Source: Elusimicrobiota bacterium (GTDB taxonomy: Bacteria; Elusimicrobiota; Elusimicrobia; UBA1565; UBA9628). From it: a stretch of 61,940 nt of DNA. A program made the position numbers and the translations under genes. Of the stretch, positions 47,006 through 56,411 are shown piece after piece. Location of the stretch: the NCBI GenBank assembly GCA_027327915.1, contig DAHVWT010000001.1, forward strand, positions 1 to 61,940. Reading direction: 5' to 3'. The notes below the pieces were generated by a model, which made no database searches, was not told the origin of the DNA, and saw only the letters and a list, made by a program, of their open reading frames with translations. How positions within the stretch are numbered: position 1 is the stretch's first letter; every line of letters starts with the position of its first letter.

Positions 47006-48871
47006 ATGCCAGAAGAGGCCGCGGCGCCATCGACGCCCCACTCCCGCCGCGAGGATATCCGCAACGTCGCGATCATCGCGCACGTCGACCATGGCAAGAC
47101 CACCCTCATCGATTCGCTGCTCAAGGCGACGCACACCTTCACCGTGAAGGCCGACGAGGCCCAGGAGCAGGTCCTGGACGCCAATCCCCTGGAGCGCGAG
47201 CGCGGGATCACCATCCTCGCCAAGAACACGGCCGTTCCCTATAAGGGCGTCGTCGTCAACATCGTCGACACCCCCGGGCACGCGGATTTTGGAAGCGAGG
47301 TGGAGCGGGTCCTCAAAATGGTGGACGGGGCGCTCCTTTTGGTCGACGCGGTCGAGGGGCCGATGCCGCAGACGCGCTTTGTCCTGCGCAAGGCTCTCGC
47401 CCTGGGCCTGCGCCCCATTGTGGTCGTCAACAAGATGGACCGGCCCAACGCCCACCCCCACGACGCCCTCTCGAAGGTCTTCGATTTGTTCGTCGATTTG
47501 GGAGCGACGGACCCGCAGCTCGAGTTCCCGATCGTCTACGCCGCGGGCAAGGAAGGATGGGCGAGCCTCGAGGCCGAGCATCCCGGGCGCGACATGTCGC
47601 CGCTTCTCGACACCATCCTCTCCCACGTGCCCGGCCCGGCGGCCGATCCGGGAAGGCCCTTCCAGATGCTGGTCACCATGCTCGACTACTCGAGCTATTT
47701 GGGGACGATCGGCATCGGCCGCATCCAGAACGGGCGCATCGCGAAGTCATCCCCCGCCGCGCTCGTCAAGCCAGGAGGGACCGTTCTTCCGGGCAAGATC
47801 ACCCTCCTTCAGAAACATTTCGGCCTCTCGCGCCAGGACGTCGAGGAGGCCCGGGCGGGAGACATCGTGTGCTTGGCGGGGCTCGACGGCTTGAACGTCG
47901 GCGACACCGTGGCCTCGGCCGAGAACCCGCAGGCGCTTCCGCCGCTCGAGATCGACGAGCCCACGCTTTCAATCGAGTTCACCGTCAACGCCAGCCCCTT
48001 CGCGGGCCGCGAGGGCCGCTTCGTCACGGCGCGTCACTTAAAGGAACGGCTTCTCAAGGAGCGCATGACGAACGTGGGACTGCGCATCGAGCAGCTGGCG
48101 GGCGAGGGGCATTTCAAGGTTTCCGGGCGCGGGGAGCTTCATTTGTCGGTTCTCATCGAGACCATGCGCCGCGAGGGCTTCGAGCTGGCCCTCTCGAGGC
48201 CCGAGGTCGTTTATAAGGAAGAGAACGGAAAGACGCTCGAGCCCATGGAGCATCTCGTGGTTGACGCGCCCACGCAATTCCAGGGCGCCGTGATCGAGAA
48301 CCTGGGCCGTCGCGCCGCCCAGATGACGGGGATGACTCCCGAGGGCTCGACGCGCGTCCGGCTCGAGTACGTCGTGAGCTCGCGCGGTCTCATGGGATTC
48401 AAGACCGAGCTCATGGCCTTGACGAAGGGCCAGGGCCTCATGCATCACAGTTTTCACGGCTACGGGCCCAAGGGACCCGACCTCGCCAAGCGCCCGCAGG
48501 GAGTCATGATCGCCAAGGAAGCCGGCGAAACAACGGGCTACGCCCTCGACAATCTCCAAAACCGCGGCCGGCTCTTCCTGGGGCCGGGCATCCCGGTCTA
48601 CGAGGGTATGATCATCGGCTCCAACTCCCGCGTCGGGGACATGGTCGTCAATCCCTGCAAGGCGAAGGCGCTCACCAACATGCGCTCCAAGGCCTCCGAC
48701 GAGGCGATCCAGCTCGAGCCCCCGATCGAGATGACGCTCGAGCAGGCGCTGGAGTTCCTTGCCGACGACGAACTCCTGGAGGTCACGCCGAAGTCCCTCC
48801 GCCTGCGCAAGAAAATCCTGAAGGCCAGCTCCAGGAAGCGCGAAAAGGGAGACGAGGAAGAGTCGGAGTAG
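47006..48871 (+). CDS. typA: Translational GTPase TypA/BipA
   Basis: [29 protein letters not shown], and the BipA-specific C-terminal domain. ATG at 47006. Confidence 0.95.
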   Translation: MPEEAAAPSTPHSRREDIRNVAIIAHVDHGKTTLIDSLLKATHTFTVKADEAQEQVLDANPLERERGITILAKNTAVPYKGVVVNIVDTPGHADFGSEVERVLKMVDGALLLVDAVEGPMPQTRFVLRKALALGLRPIVVVNKMDRPNAHPHDALSKVFDLFVDLGATDPQLEFPIVYAAGKEGWASLEAEHPGRDMSPLLDTILSHVPGPAADPGRPFQMLVTMLDYSSYLGTIGIGRIQNGRIAKSSPAALVKPGGTVLPGKITLLQKHFGLSRQDVEEARAGDIVCLAGLDGLNVGDTVASAENPQALPPLEIDEPTLSIEFTVNASPFAGREGRFVTARHLKERLLKERMTNVGLRIEQLAGEGHFKVSGRGELHLSVLIETMRREGFELALSRPEVVYKEENGKTLEPMEHLVVDAPTQFQGAVIENLGRRAAQMTGMTPEGSTRVRLEYVVSSRGLMGFKTELMALTKGQGLMHHSFHGYGPKGPDLAKRPQGVMIAKEAGETTGYALDNLQNRGRLFLGPGIPVYEGMIIGSNSRVGDMVVNPCKAKALTNMRSKASDEAIQLEPPIEMTLEQALEFLADDELLEVTPKSLRLRKKILKASSRKREKGDEEESE

Positions 48872-48884
48872 CTCGTCTCCCCCT

Positions 48885-48900
48885 CCCGGCCTTCGCCGGG
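48885..48900. terminator. Small GC hairpin between the convergent typA and glpK genes
   Basis: cccggc-cttc-gccggg (6-bp stem, 4-nt loop). No U-tract on either strand. Confidence 0.25.
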
Positions 48901-48908
48901 ATGACGGA

Positions 48909-50396
48909 TTATAATTCCGCGCGCCGGGCGGCGTGTTTCCAGCTCTCAAGACGCCTCTCGCGCCGTTTTTGGGATAGGTTCGGCCGAAACTCCCTGTCCT
49001 TGCGCCATAACGCCCGGACTTCATCGAGGTTTTTCCACGCGCCGACGCCGAGACCGGCCATGAAAGCGGCGCCCAGGGCCGTGGTTTCGACGATGCGCGG
49101 CCTGACGCAGCGCGCGCCCGAGTAGTCCGCCTGGAGAGACATGAAAAGATCGTTCGCCGAAGCGCCTCCATCAACCTTGATGACCGCGACCCGCCGTCCC
49201 AGGTCGCGCTCCATGGCTCTCAGGAGTTCGACGTTCTGGAGCGCCAGGCCCTCGAGGACGGATCGGGCGATATGGGCCTTGGCGGCGCCTCGCGTCAGTC
49301 CGCAAAGAAGTCCTCGCGCGAGCGGCTTCCAGCGCGGCGCGCCCATTCCCGTTAAAGCCGGGACGAACTCGACTCCGGCCGAATCATGAACGGATCGGGC
49401 GAGGGATTCGACGTCGGAGGAGCGGCGGATGATCCCGAGGCCGTCGCGCAGCCATTGGACCGCCGCCCCGCAGACGAAGGCCGAGCCTTCGAGGGCGTAG
49501 CGGACGCCTCCCTTCCAGCTCCAAGCGACCGTCGGGAGGCAGCCGGAGCGGCTTGGGAGCGGGCGGCTGCCCGTGTTGATCAGGAGAAAACTTCCCGTTC
49601 CGAACGTGCATTTGGCCTCTCCCGGCCTGAAGCACGCCTGGCCGAAAAGCGCCGCCTGCTGGTCCCCGGCCATGGCCGCTATCGGGACGCCGTCCGGGAT
49701 CAACGAGGCGCCGCGCGTGCGGCCGAAAATCCCGATCGTCGGACGGATCTCGGGAAGCATCGCCGCGGGGACGCCGAGGGCGCGGCAGAGCATGGGATCC
49801 CAACGAAGGCCGCGAAGGTTCATGAGGAGGGTCCGGGAGGCGTTCGTCGGGTCGGTCGCGTGGACGGCGCCTCCCGTCAGGCGGTGGAGGAGGGCGCCGT
49901 CCACGGTCCCGAAGGCGATATCCCCCGACTCGGCGCGTCGCCGCAGGTTTTTCGATTGGTCGAGGAGCCAGCGGATCTTGGTTCCCGAGAAATAGGGGTC
50001 GAGCCGCAGGCCCGATCGGGCCCTCACGACGGACTCCAATCCTCGGCGTTTGAGCGCGCCGCAGAGCCCGGCCGTCCGGCGATCCTGCCACACGATGGCG
50101 TTGCCGAGCGGCTTTCCCGTGCGGCGTTCCCAGAGGAGAGTCGTCTCCCTTTGATTGGCGATGCCGATCGCGGCGATGCCGCCGCCGCGTAGCCCCGCGG
50201 AGTTGAGCGCCTCGCGGGCGGCGACGAGGACGGAGCTCCAAATGTCGTCGGGGCGATGCTCCACCCAGCCGGGCTCCGGGAATATCTGGGGGAATTCCCT
50301 TGTCGCTTTTCCGAGGACGTCGCCCCGCGAACCGACGACCAGGACGGTCGTCCCGGTCGTTCCCTGATCGATCGCGAGGAGGTGTTTGGAGGGCAA
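48909..50396 (-). CDS. glpK: Glycerol kinase
   Basis: LLAIDQGTTGT, EFPQIFPEPGWVEH.PDDIW, IANQRETT, GDQQAALFGQ. Start set at TTG 50396 (MPSKHLLAIDQG). This gives a family-typical length and lies just downstream of a strong promoter that sits inside the longer track ORF. Confidence 0.9.
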   Translation of the reverse strand: MPSKHLLAIDQGTTGTTVLVVGSRGDVLGKATREFPQIFPEPGWVEHRPDDIWSSVLVAAREALNSAGLRGGGIAAIGIANQRETTLLWERRTGKPLGNAIVWQDRRTAGLCGALKRRGLESVVRARSGLRLDPYFSGTKIRWLLDQSKNLRRRAESGDIAFGTVDGALLHRLTGGAVHATDPTNASRTLLMNLRGLRWDPMLCRALGVPAAMLPEIRPTIGIFGRTRGASLIPDGVPIAAMAGDQQAALFGQACFRPGEAKCTFGTGSFLLINTGSRPLPSRSGCLPTVAWSWKGGVRYALEGSAFVCGAAVQWLRDGLGIIRRSSDVESLARSVHDSAGVEFVPALTGMGAPRWKPLARGLLCGLTRGAAKAHIARSVLEGLALQNVELLRAMERDLGRRVAVIKVDGGASANDLFMSLQADYSGARCVRPRIVETTALGAAFMAGLGVGAWKNLDEVRALWRKDREFRPNLSQKRRERRLESWKHAARRAEL

Positions 50397-50409
50397 GAAC
50401 TTGTCGAGG

Positions 50410-50437
50410 ATTATAGCACCCCATGGCCGAAGGTCAA
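50410..50437 (-). promoter_or_regulatory. Sigma70-type promoter for glpK with an extended -10
   Basis: Minus-strand reading: TTGACC (50432..50437), 16-nt spacer ending in TGC, TATAAT (50410..50415), 13 nt before the TTG start. Confidence 0.5.
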
Positions 50438-50451
50438 GGGGGTGAGAAACC

Positions 50452-50525
50452 GGTGACACCATACTCATTGTCCCTTCGGCCCGCGCCGGCCGGCGGCGGC
50501 CCTTGGAAATAGGGATGGTGTCACC
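50452..50525. promoter_or_regulatory. 11-bp perfect inverted repeat pair upstream of the glpK promoter
   Basis: GGTGACACCAT (50452..50462) and ATGGTGTCACC (50515..50525), 52 nt apart. The proximal arm lies 14 nt upstream of the -35. A 13-nt-period tandem AATGAACGGGTC x2 follows at 50534..50558. Confidence 0.5.
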
Positions 50526-50587
50526 AGATTTCAAATGAACGGGTCCAATGAACGGGTCAAATCTCGAAATAAACGGGGTGGTAGAGT

Positions 50588-50752
50588 TTGGCCGTGGCGG
50601 AAACGGGACATGGAGGAGGGGCCCGGGCGGCCGTCTGGGACTACCTCAAAGCCCACGGCCGCGCCAGCCGCAAGGAGATCGAACAGGCGACCGACCTCCC
50701 GGAAAGCACCGTGAGATCGACGCTCACGATAGCGGCCGCCAAGCTTGCATAA
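50588..50752 (+). CDS. Possible small winged-helix DNA-binding protein (54 codons, below the ORF-track cutoff)
   Basis: In-frame TTG 50588 or GTG 50594 to TAA 50750..50752. Reads ...AVWDYLKAHGRASRKEIEQATDLPESTVRSTLTIAAAKLA, which is wHTH-like. It is divergent from glpK across the repeat-containing intergenic region. Weakly supported. Confidence 0.25.
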   Translation: MAVAETGHGGGARAAVWDYLKAHGRASRKEIEQATDLPESTVRSTLTIAAAKLA

Positions 50753-50794
50753 GCCTTCTTTTTGCGGGCCAACTGAAGATCAGGCTAGCGCCGT

Positions 50795-51723
50795 CTAAAG
50801 TTTTGGAAGGATATCGATAAGGAACTGGTCCAAGCCGATGACCTCCACCCCCGAACCCAACGGGTAGCGTTCGCCGCCGTTATAAATAACCCAGGCCTTG
50901 GGCAATCCCAAATCTTTTCTGGCTTCGTAAAATCCGCGGCTTAGCGACGGCTTAAGTCCCATCTTGACCTCGACCAGCGCCAGGATTTTCCGCCCCCGAT
51001 GGATGACGAGATCAATCTCGGCCCCGGCATGCGTTCGAAAATAGGAGGCCTCAAGGCGCCCGCGCGCGGTTTCTAGAAGCTGCTCCAAGACAAATCCCTC
51101 CCACGACTTGCCTGCGACCGGATGGGCCAGGAGGGCGTCGAGGCTGGAAAGGCCTAGAAGGGAATGCAGGATGCCGCTGTCGCGGATGTAAACCCGGGGC
51201 GATTTCACCAGCCTCTTTTTCAAGTTGGCATGCCAGGCCGGAAGAGCCCTGACCAAAAACATCTGCTCCAGAATGGAGCGGTAATGCGTGGCGGTCGGCG
51301 GCGTCACGCCGAAACTAGACGCCAGCTCATGGGCGTTCCAGCTCTGGCCGTGGTGATGGGCCAGCATGGTCCAAAATCTTCTAAGCTCGGGAGCGGCGAC
51401 CCGAAACCCCAACTGAGGAAGGTCTCTTTCCAGGTAGCTCCGTATCAGCGCTTCCCGCCATCGCGCGGAGGCTTCGTCCGAGCGCGGCGCAAGGGCATCG
51501 GGATAGCCGCCCCGGAGCCAATGCCGCCTGAGCGGAACTTTCGGTCCGGTTTCCGTTCTGGAAAAAGGGCCGAGCTCCAAGAACTGGATGCGCCCGGCCA
51601 GGCTTTCCGAAATTTGTCTTAAGGCGAGGAGGTTCGCCCTTGCCGCGGCCCGATCAAAGCCGTGACCGGGAATTCAGCGACCGCCCGGAAAAGGTCGCGG
51701 GAAAGAAGGCGCTTAATCATCAT
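50795..51723 (-). pseudogene. Degraded AAA_14/DUF4143 ATPase (P-loop frameshift plus internal deletion)
   Basis: The N-terminal frame MMIKRLLSRDLFRAVAEFPVTALIGPRQGRTSSP* breaks inside the P-loop (compare GGPRQVGKTT in 3633..4805). Another frame continues LRQISESLAGRIQFLELGPFS into the 261-aa DUF4143 ORF (50795..51580). Most of the ATPase domain is missing. Confidence 0.7.
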
Positions 51724-51824
51724 TGAAAATACAGTATGTAGACTTTTGATTTTCAAGGATCGCTCTTTGGACGTGCGCCCTCATTTTGACGCCGGGGGAG
51801 TCAACGCCAAGCCCCGATGAAACC

Positions 51825-52835
51825 TCAGCGGTCGTCGAAGCGCAGGAGCCGGCCGCGGCGGGGATCGCAGACCCAGAACCGGCGGCCGTGGGCGACGACG
51901 CAATGAGCCCCCGGGGCCGTCTGGAACATACGGAGCGGAGTCAGATTTCCCCGACGGCCCACGGACGCGACCGCCAACGTGGAGTCTTCGGCGCCCGGCA
52001 CGTAGAGATGGCGTAAACCGGGATCGTAGGCGATGATGTCGACTCCCCGGCCCGAGCCCATGCTTGAAAGCGGCTTGCCGCCGTGCAAGACATCCAGGGT
52101 AGTCGCCTTGCCCTCGCCGCAGCCGACGAAGAGGAAGCCGTCGGCCTCGTCCAACGCGAGGCCCCTCGATTTCGCGCAGCCGTTCCTCCAGCGGGCGATG
52201 ATTCGGCGGCCGCTTAAAGAAATCTCGAAGCTCGTTTCCTTCCAGGAATTCGTGAAGGCGATCCCTCTCTCGGGGTCAATGACCAAAGACTCGGGCCCTC
52301 CGGGGACCTGGACGGCGCCCGAGCGCATGAGGCTGAGGGCTTTTCCCAGGCGCACGATCGAGAAAATCTCGATTTGCCGCGACTTCGGCTCCGTGACCCA
52401 GATTTCATGGGTCGGATCGACAAAACGGACGTAGTCGGGCTTTCCGTTGAGCGCGACGGCGGCCTCGACCCGCCCGCTGCGGGGATCAAGGGCCTTGAGG
52501 GACCGGGTGTTCCGGTCGGAGGCGAAGACGAGTCCCATCCCAGAATCCGCGGAGGTCACTCCCGTATCGTGCCCCTGCCCGCGGCCGGAGACGGATGGGA
52601 AAGCCCGAAGCGGCGCGTTTTCGCCGGTCTCGGGGTCTAACAGATAGACGGCGCCCGTGCGGCCGCACGGGACGAGAAGCTTGCCGAGGGAGGCGTCAAC
52701 GCCCAAGTCGTCGAAGCCGATCTCTTCGCCGCTGATCCCGGCCAAGGGAACCGCTGTTCCCACGGGCAAGCCGGCGCAGCCGGAGACGGCAAGGGCCGCC
52801 AGCGCGGCCGTCACAAGGCAGGGGGCGTTCTTCAA
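51825..52835 (-). CDS. Lipoprotein, probable beta-propeller fold
   Basis: Lipobox LAVSGC. Repeated ~40-aa strand-rich units with recurring G..V.D/...L.V motifs (YncE/YVTN-like by eye). Confidence 0.6.
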   Translation of the reverse strand: MKNAPCLVTAALAALAVSGCAGLPVGTAVPLAGISGEEIGFDDLGVDASLGKLLVPCGRTGAVYLLDPETGENAPLRAFPSVSGRGQGHDTGVTSADSGMGLVFASDRNTRSLKALDPRSGRVEAAVALNGKPDYVRFVDPTHEIWVTEPKSRQIEIFSIVRLGKALSLMRSGAVQVPGGPESLVIDPERGIAFTNSWKETSFEISLSGRRIIARWRNGCAKSRGLALDEADGFLFVGCGEGKATTLDVLHGGKPLSSMGSGRGVDIIAYDPGLRHLYVPGAEDSTLAVASVGRRGNLTPLRMFQTAPGAHCVVAHGRRFWVCDPRRGRLLRFDDR

Positions 52836-53716
52836 AACCCCCCCTCGTTCTTGAGGGCTTGGCCGTCGAAATAGACCGCCATGTCGTCGATGGCCTTGTT
52901 CGCGACGACTTTCAGGCGGACCTGCTTGAGCTTTCTTTGCTCCAGGGGATATTTGTCGAACGTCTTATCGTGGCCGAAAATCTCGAAATTCATCTCCGTT
53001 TCCATGTTGGACGCCAAGCCGCGGCCGTCGGCGCCGCTGACGAGTTCTCCCTTGAGGATCACGGGGACGAAAAGACGGTTCGTGAACCACAAGGCGCCTA
53101 TCCATTTGACGGTGTCCAACACCGTCTCCAGCGCCCCCGTTCCAATCCCGGCCCAGGGGTTCCCCGAGGCCGCGGCCACCGCGAAGCCCGTCACGCCGTT
53201 CTCCGCGTAGTCCGCGGCCATGACGCCGGCCAGCCAAACAGACTTGAGCTTGCCGTAGCCGCCCAGACGACTTTTCAGAATCACGTCCACCTTCATCCTT
53301 TGGGCCAGGCTTTTCATCTTCGCGGGCTTGAGACCCCAAAGATCGCTTTCCGGCGAGAGGCCCTCCTGCCGGAGGCCCTCCAGCACTTCCGAGTCCGGGA
53401 CCACTTCGTAAGCATAGGTGCGGGAAAACCTTTCGTCGAGACTTTGGCGAATCCAGACAAGATCGGCGGCCATGGCCTTCTCCGTCATCTTTTTTTGCTC
53501 CGCCGGGGGCATGTGGCTCAGGTCGAGCCCCTGGGGTATCGTCTCGATGCTCGATAGTTTCGACAACTTGAAGTCCTGGGTGACGGGCAGGATGGCGACG
53601 CGCAGCTTCCTTGGCGGACGGACCGACACTCCGTGCGCGCTCCACGTCGCGCAGCCCGAAAGCGCCGCGGCGGAAATCAGGAGGATAAGGAGCGCTCTTC
53701 TGACGCGCGCGCTCAT
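52832..53716 (-). CDS. Lipoprotein of unknown function, paralogue B (glycine-zipper segment)
   Basis: Lipobox AALSGC. Shares these motifs with 56412..57245: SGCA(S/T)W..(GVSV)PP.K(I/L)R(L/V)A(V/I)LP, GYGK(I/L)K..WL, N.WAG, PV(V/I)L.G.L.SG and K.KQVRL. Confidence 0.7.
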   Translation of the reverse strand: MSARVRRALLILLISAAALSGCATWSAHGVSVRPPRKLRVAILPVTQDFKLSKLSSIETIPQGLDLSHMPPAEQKKMTEKAMAADLVWIRQSLDERFSRTYAYEVVPDSEVLEGLRQEGLSPESDLWGLKPAKMKSLAQRMKVDVILKSRLGGYGKLKSVWLAGVMAADYAENGVTGFAVAAASGNPWAGIGTGALETVLDTVKWIGALWFTNRLFVPVILKGELVSGADGRGLASNMETEMNFEIFGHDKTFDKYPLEQRKLKQVRLKVVANKAIDDMAVYFDGQALKNEGGF

Positions 53717-55017
53717 TGATTCTTGCCATCGATTTTGATCTTCGCGGATTCAAGCCCCTTTGCCGGCGGGGGAATCAACGCCAAGTCCCGAAGATAAAGC
53801 CCGAGGGCCTTGCCGTCGCAGCGATTATTGAGGCAGCACTCGGCCCTCGCCCGGTTGTCCCAGAAGTCGGGGAAGTTTTTTTTCACGCGCTCGAAATCCT
53901 CTCGGGCCAGGCTCGAAAGGCCCAGGACCTCTTCGGCGTAGCCGCGATAAAGATGAAGAGTGGAGAGCCAGGCCAGATGCTTGCGTCCGTCCCAGTTCGG
54001 CGGGAAGCGGCCGGGGCCGAGCGCGCTCTCGTCCGCGATCGCTTCGCCGAACCACTCGAGGGAATCCTCGGCCAGGGCGGGATCGGGGCAGGCCTTGTCG
54101 GAGAAGGAGCAGAGGAGGGTGAGGAGCTTGGGTTGAGAGGCCGCCTGGTCGCGGGAAAATCCGGCGAAGAAATCGCGGGCGGCGGCGAAGGATCCGGCCG
54201 GGTCTCCGGTTTTAAAGAGAAGAGCGACATCGACGAATTGAAAGTAGGGGCTGTCGGGATAGTCCCCACGCAACGCCTGGATGATCGGGAGAGCCTTCGC
54301 GTCGTCGCGCTTGAATCCGATGTAGAAGGAGGCCAGGACGATCGCCGCCTGGCGCCGGACGTAGACGGCGCGCCGGGAGGCCTCCGTGAGGAGCGCGATT
54401 CCCTCCGCCTCGTTGCCGCTGACGCCCATCAAGTGGCGGGCCAAAAAGCCCAGGAAGCCGGAATAGCGCGCGAGATCGCATTCAAACCAGCCCAGGCCGA
54501 ACTTGGCGTCGATATAATCGGGGTCGATGTCGAGACATCGGTGGAGTTCGTCGACGACGTTTTTGCCCGCCCGGTAGGCCTGGAACCAATGCCTCGCAAG
54601 GAGGTCCGACTGGGCGCGGGCGCCGTAGGACAGGCCCAGGATGAAGCGGCCGTCCGCCTGGGCGCGGGGATCGGCCGAGGAGAGCAGCGCGGAGGCTTTC
54701 TTAATAGCCTGGCGAACGTCGTTTTTGAAGCGCCGGCGCAGCTCGGGGCGGATTTTGAAGAGCCCTCTTTCGTTGGAAGCCTGCCACCAAAGGGCCCCCG
54801 CGTCGAAGAGATAGCTGAAGGCCCGGTCTGGCTCGGCGCTCTCGAGCAAGGCGAAGGTCTTCTGGGCCTGGGCGTAGTCCAGGGAATAAAGCTCGCGGAA
54901 ACCCTCGTCGGATAGGCTCCGGGCCACGGCATCGAAATTCGCGCCCGTCCCGGACGAGACGGCGGCATGCGCCGAAAGTCCCCCCAGGGCCAGCAGGAGC
55001 AAGACCGAAGCATTCAC
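53713..55017 (-). CDS. Secreted all-helical (TPR-like) repeat protein
   Basis: GTG start overlapping the upstream stop, signal peptide NASVLLLLALGGLSAHA, helical-repeat character, and a Cys-containing C-terminus (ARAECCLNNRCDG). Confidence 0.6.
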   Translation of the reverse strand: MNASVLLLLALGGLSAHAAVSSGTGANFDAVARSLSDEGFRELYSLDYAQAQKTFALLESAEPDRAFSYLFDAGALWWQASNERGLFKIRPELRRRFKNDVRQAIKKASALLSSADPRAQADGRFILGLSYGARAQSDLLARHWFQAYRAGKNVVDELHRCLDIDPDYIDAKFGLGWFECDLARYSGFLGFLARHLMGVSGNEAEGIALLTEASRRAVYVRRQAAIVLASFYIGFKRDDAKALPIIQALRGDYPDSPYFQFVDVALLFKTGDPAGSFAAARDFFAGFSRDQAASQPKLLTLLCSFSDKACPDPALAEDSLEWFGEAIADESALGPGRFPPNWDGRKHLAWLSTLHLYRGYAEEVLGLSSLAREDFERVKKNFPDFWDNRARAECCLNNRCDGKALGLYLRDLALIPPPAKGLESAKIKIDGKNQ

Positions 55018-56375
55018 GGGCGCGCCACCCGGAATCCGAGGGTGTTTTCATGGTATCCCGGATCAAAGCTCGCGCGGTTCGCCGCTCGGGCGGCGTCGGC
55101 GCCGGAGTTCCACGAGCCGCCGCGGAACACCCGGGCGGAGCCCGCCGGATCGATCCACGCGCCGCCGTCGAGGGGCGCTCCCTTGTAGGAATCATGGAAC
55201 CAATCCGCCAACCATTCCCAGGCGTTTCCCGCCATGTCGCAGAGTCCTTGCGCGGTGTTTCCCGCTGGCTTTGAGCATACGGGCGCCGTTGCGTTCCAAC
55301 CGCAGCCCGCGATCACCGCGTCGCCGCAGTTCGCGTCGCCGTCGCCCCACGGGTATTTCCAATCCTTGCCCCCGCTCCGTGCCGCGTACTCCCACTCCGC
55401 CTCGCTGGGAAGCCGTCCCCCCGCCCATGCCGCGAACGCCTCCGCCTGGTCCCAATTGACTCCCACCACGGGTTGATCGTCGCCGTTAAAGCCCTTCATG
55501 TTGGGCGCCGTCGAGCAGGCCCCCGCGTTCACGCAGGCCCGGTATTGGCGGTTCGTCACCAAGGTCCTCGACATGTAAAAGCCCGCCAGCGTCACCCGAT
55601 GCACGGGCTTGGCGTCGCCGAAATCCGGCTTGGGATCATTCGTTCCCATCAGGAACGTCCCGCCCGGAATTTTCACCCAGTCGATCAGCCGCCGGTCCTT
55701 GGCCGCCGCGGCCCGTTGGAGGATCGCCTCGATATCGCGCCGGCCCAGCCGCCGCGCGATCGTCATGGCGGTCGTGTCCTTGTCCGAGGTGGTGGCTTCG
55801 ACGTCGGCTCCGGCGGCGACGAGAGCCTTGACGGCGTCCGTGCGGGCGTGGCTCACGGCGTACATCAGGGGCCGCCATCCGTCCGGCCCCGGGGCGTTCA
55901 CGTCGGCCCCCGCCGAGAGGAGCATCTTGATCGTCGGGACGGACCCGGTCGATGCCGCCAGATCGAGGGCGGTCTCTCCGATGTTGCTCTTGGCGCGAAA
56001 GTCGGCGCCGGCCGCCAGGAGAATCTTCGCGACGTCCGCATGGCCCTCGTCGCAGGCGTCGAGAAGGGCCGTCCTTCCGAACACGTCGCTTTGGTTGACG
56101 TTCGCGTGCGCCGCGATGAGCAGTTGGGCCGCGTCCGGGTAGCCCCTGGACGCGGCCAGCATCAACGCCCCGCGCCCGGTCCGCGTCACGACGGCGTTGA
56201 CGTCGGCGCCCGCCTTGAGGGCGTCCTCCATCCCCGGGAGGTAGTCATGCGACGTGTCGACGATCAATTGTTGGCCCAACTGCCTGGGGGATGTGAACAA
56301 ACTATTCAGGCTGGCGCAACCCGAGAGCCCCCCCAGCGCGAGGAGGAGCGGCCATGCCGGCGCTTTCAAGGACAT
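55014..56375 (-). CDS. Lipoprotein fusing ankyrin repeats to an FGE-like (SUMF1/EgtB/PvdO) domain
   Basis: Lipobox LGGLSGC. About five ANK repeats (G.TALM.AA..G....V..LL.AGADVN). Then the FGE-like motifs RLPSEAEWEYAARSGG, GLCDMAGNAWEW, RVFRGGSW. Confidence 0.85.
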   Translation of the reverse strand: MSLKAPAWPLLLALGGLSGCASLNSLFTSPRQLGQQLIVDTSHDYLPGMEDALKAGADVNAVVTRTGRGALMLAASRGYPDAAQLLIAAHANVNQSDVFGRTALLDACDEGHADVAKILLAAGADFRAKSNIGETALDLAASTGSVPTIKMLLSAGADVNAPGPDGWRPLMYAVSHARTDAVKALVAAGADVEATTSDKDTTAMTIARRLGRRDIEAILQRAAAAKDRRLIDWVKIPGGTFLMGTNDPKPDFGDAKPVHRVTLAGFYMSRTLVTNRQYRACVNAGACSTAPNMKGFNGDDQPVVGVNWDQAEAFAAWAGGRLPSEAEWEYAARSGGKDWKYPWGDGDANCGDAVIAGCGWNATAPVCSKPAGNTAQGLCDMAGNAWEWLADWFHDSYKGAPLDGGAWIDPAGSARVFRGGSWNSGADAARAANRASFDPGYHENTLGFRVARP

Positions 56376-56411
56376 GATAGGAACCCCCTGATTTCCGCGA
56401 CCCATCCCGAA

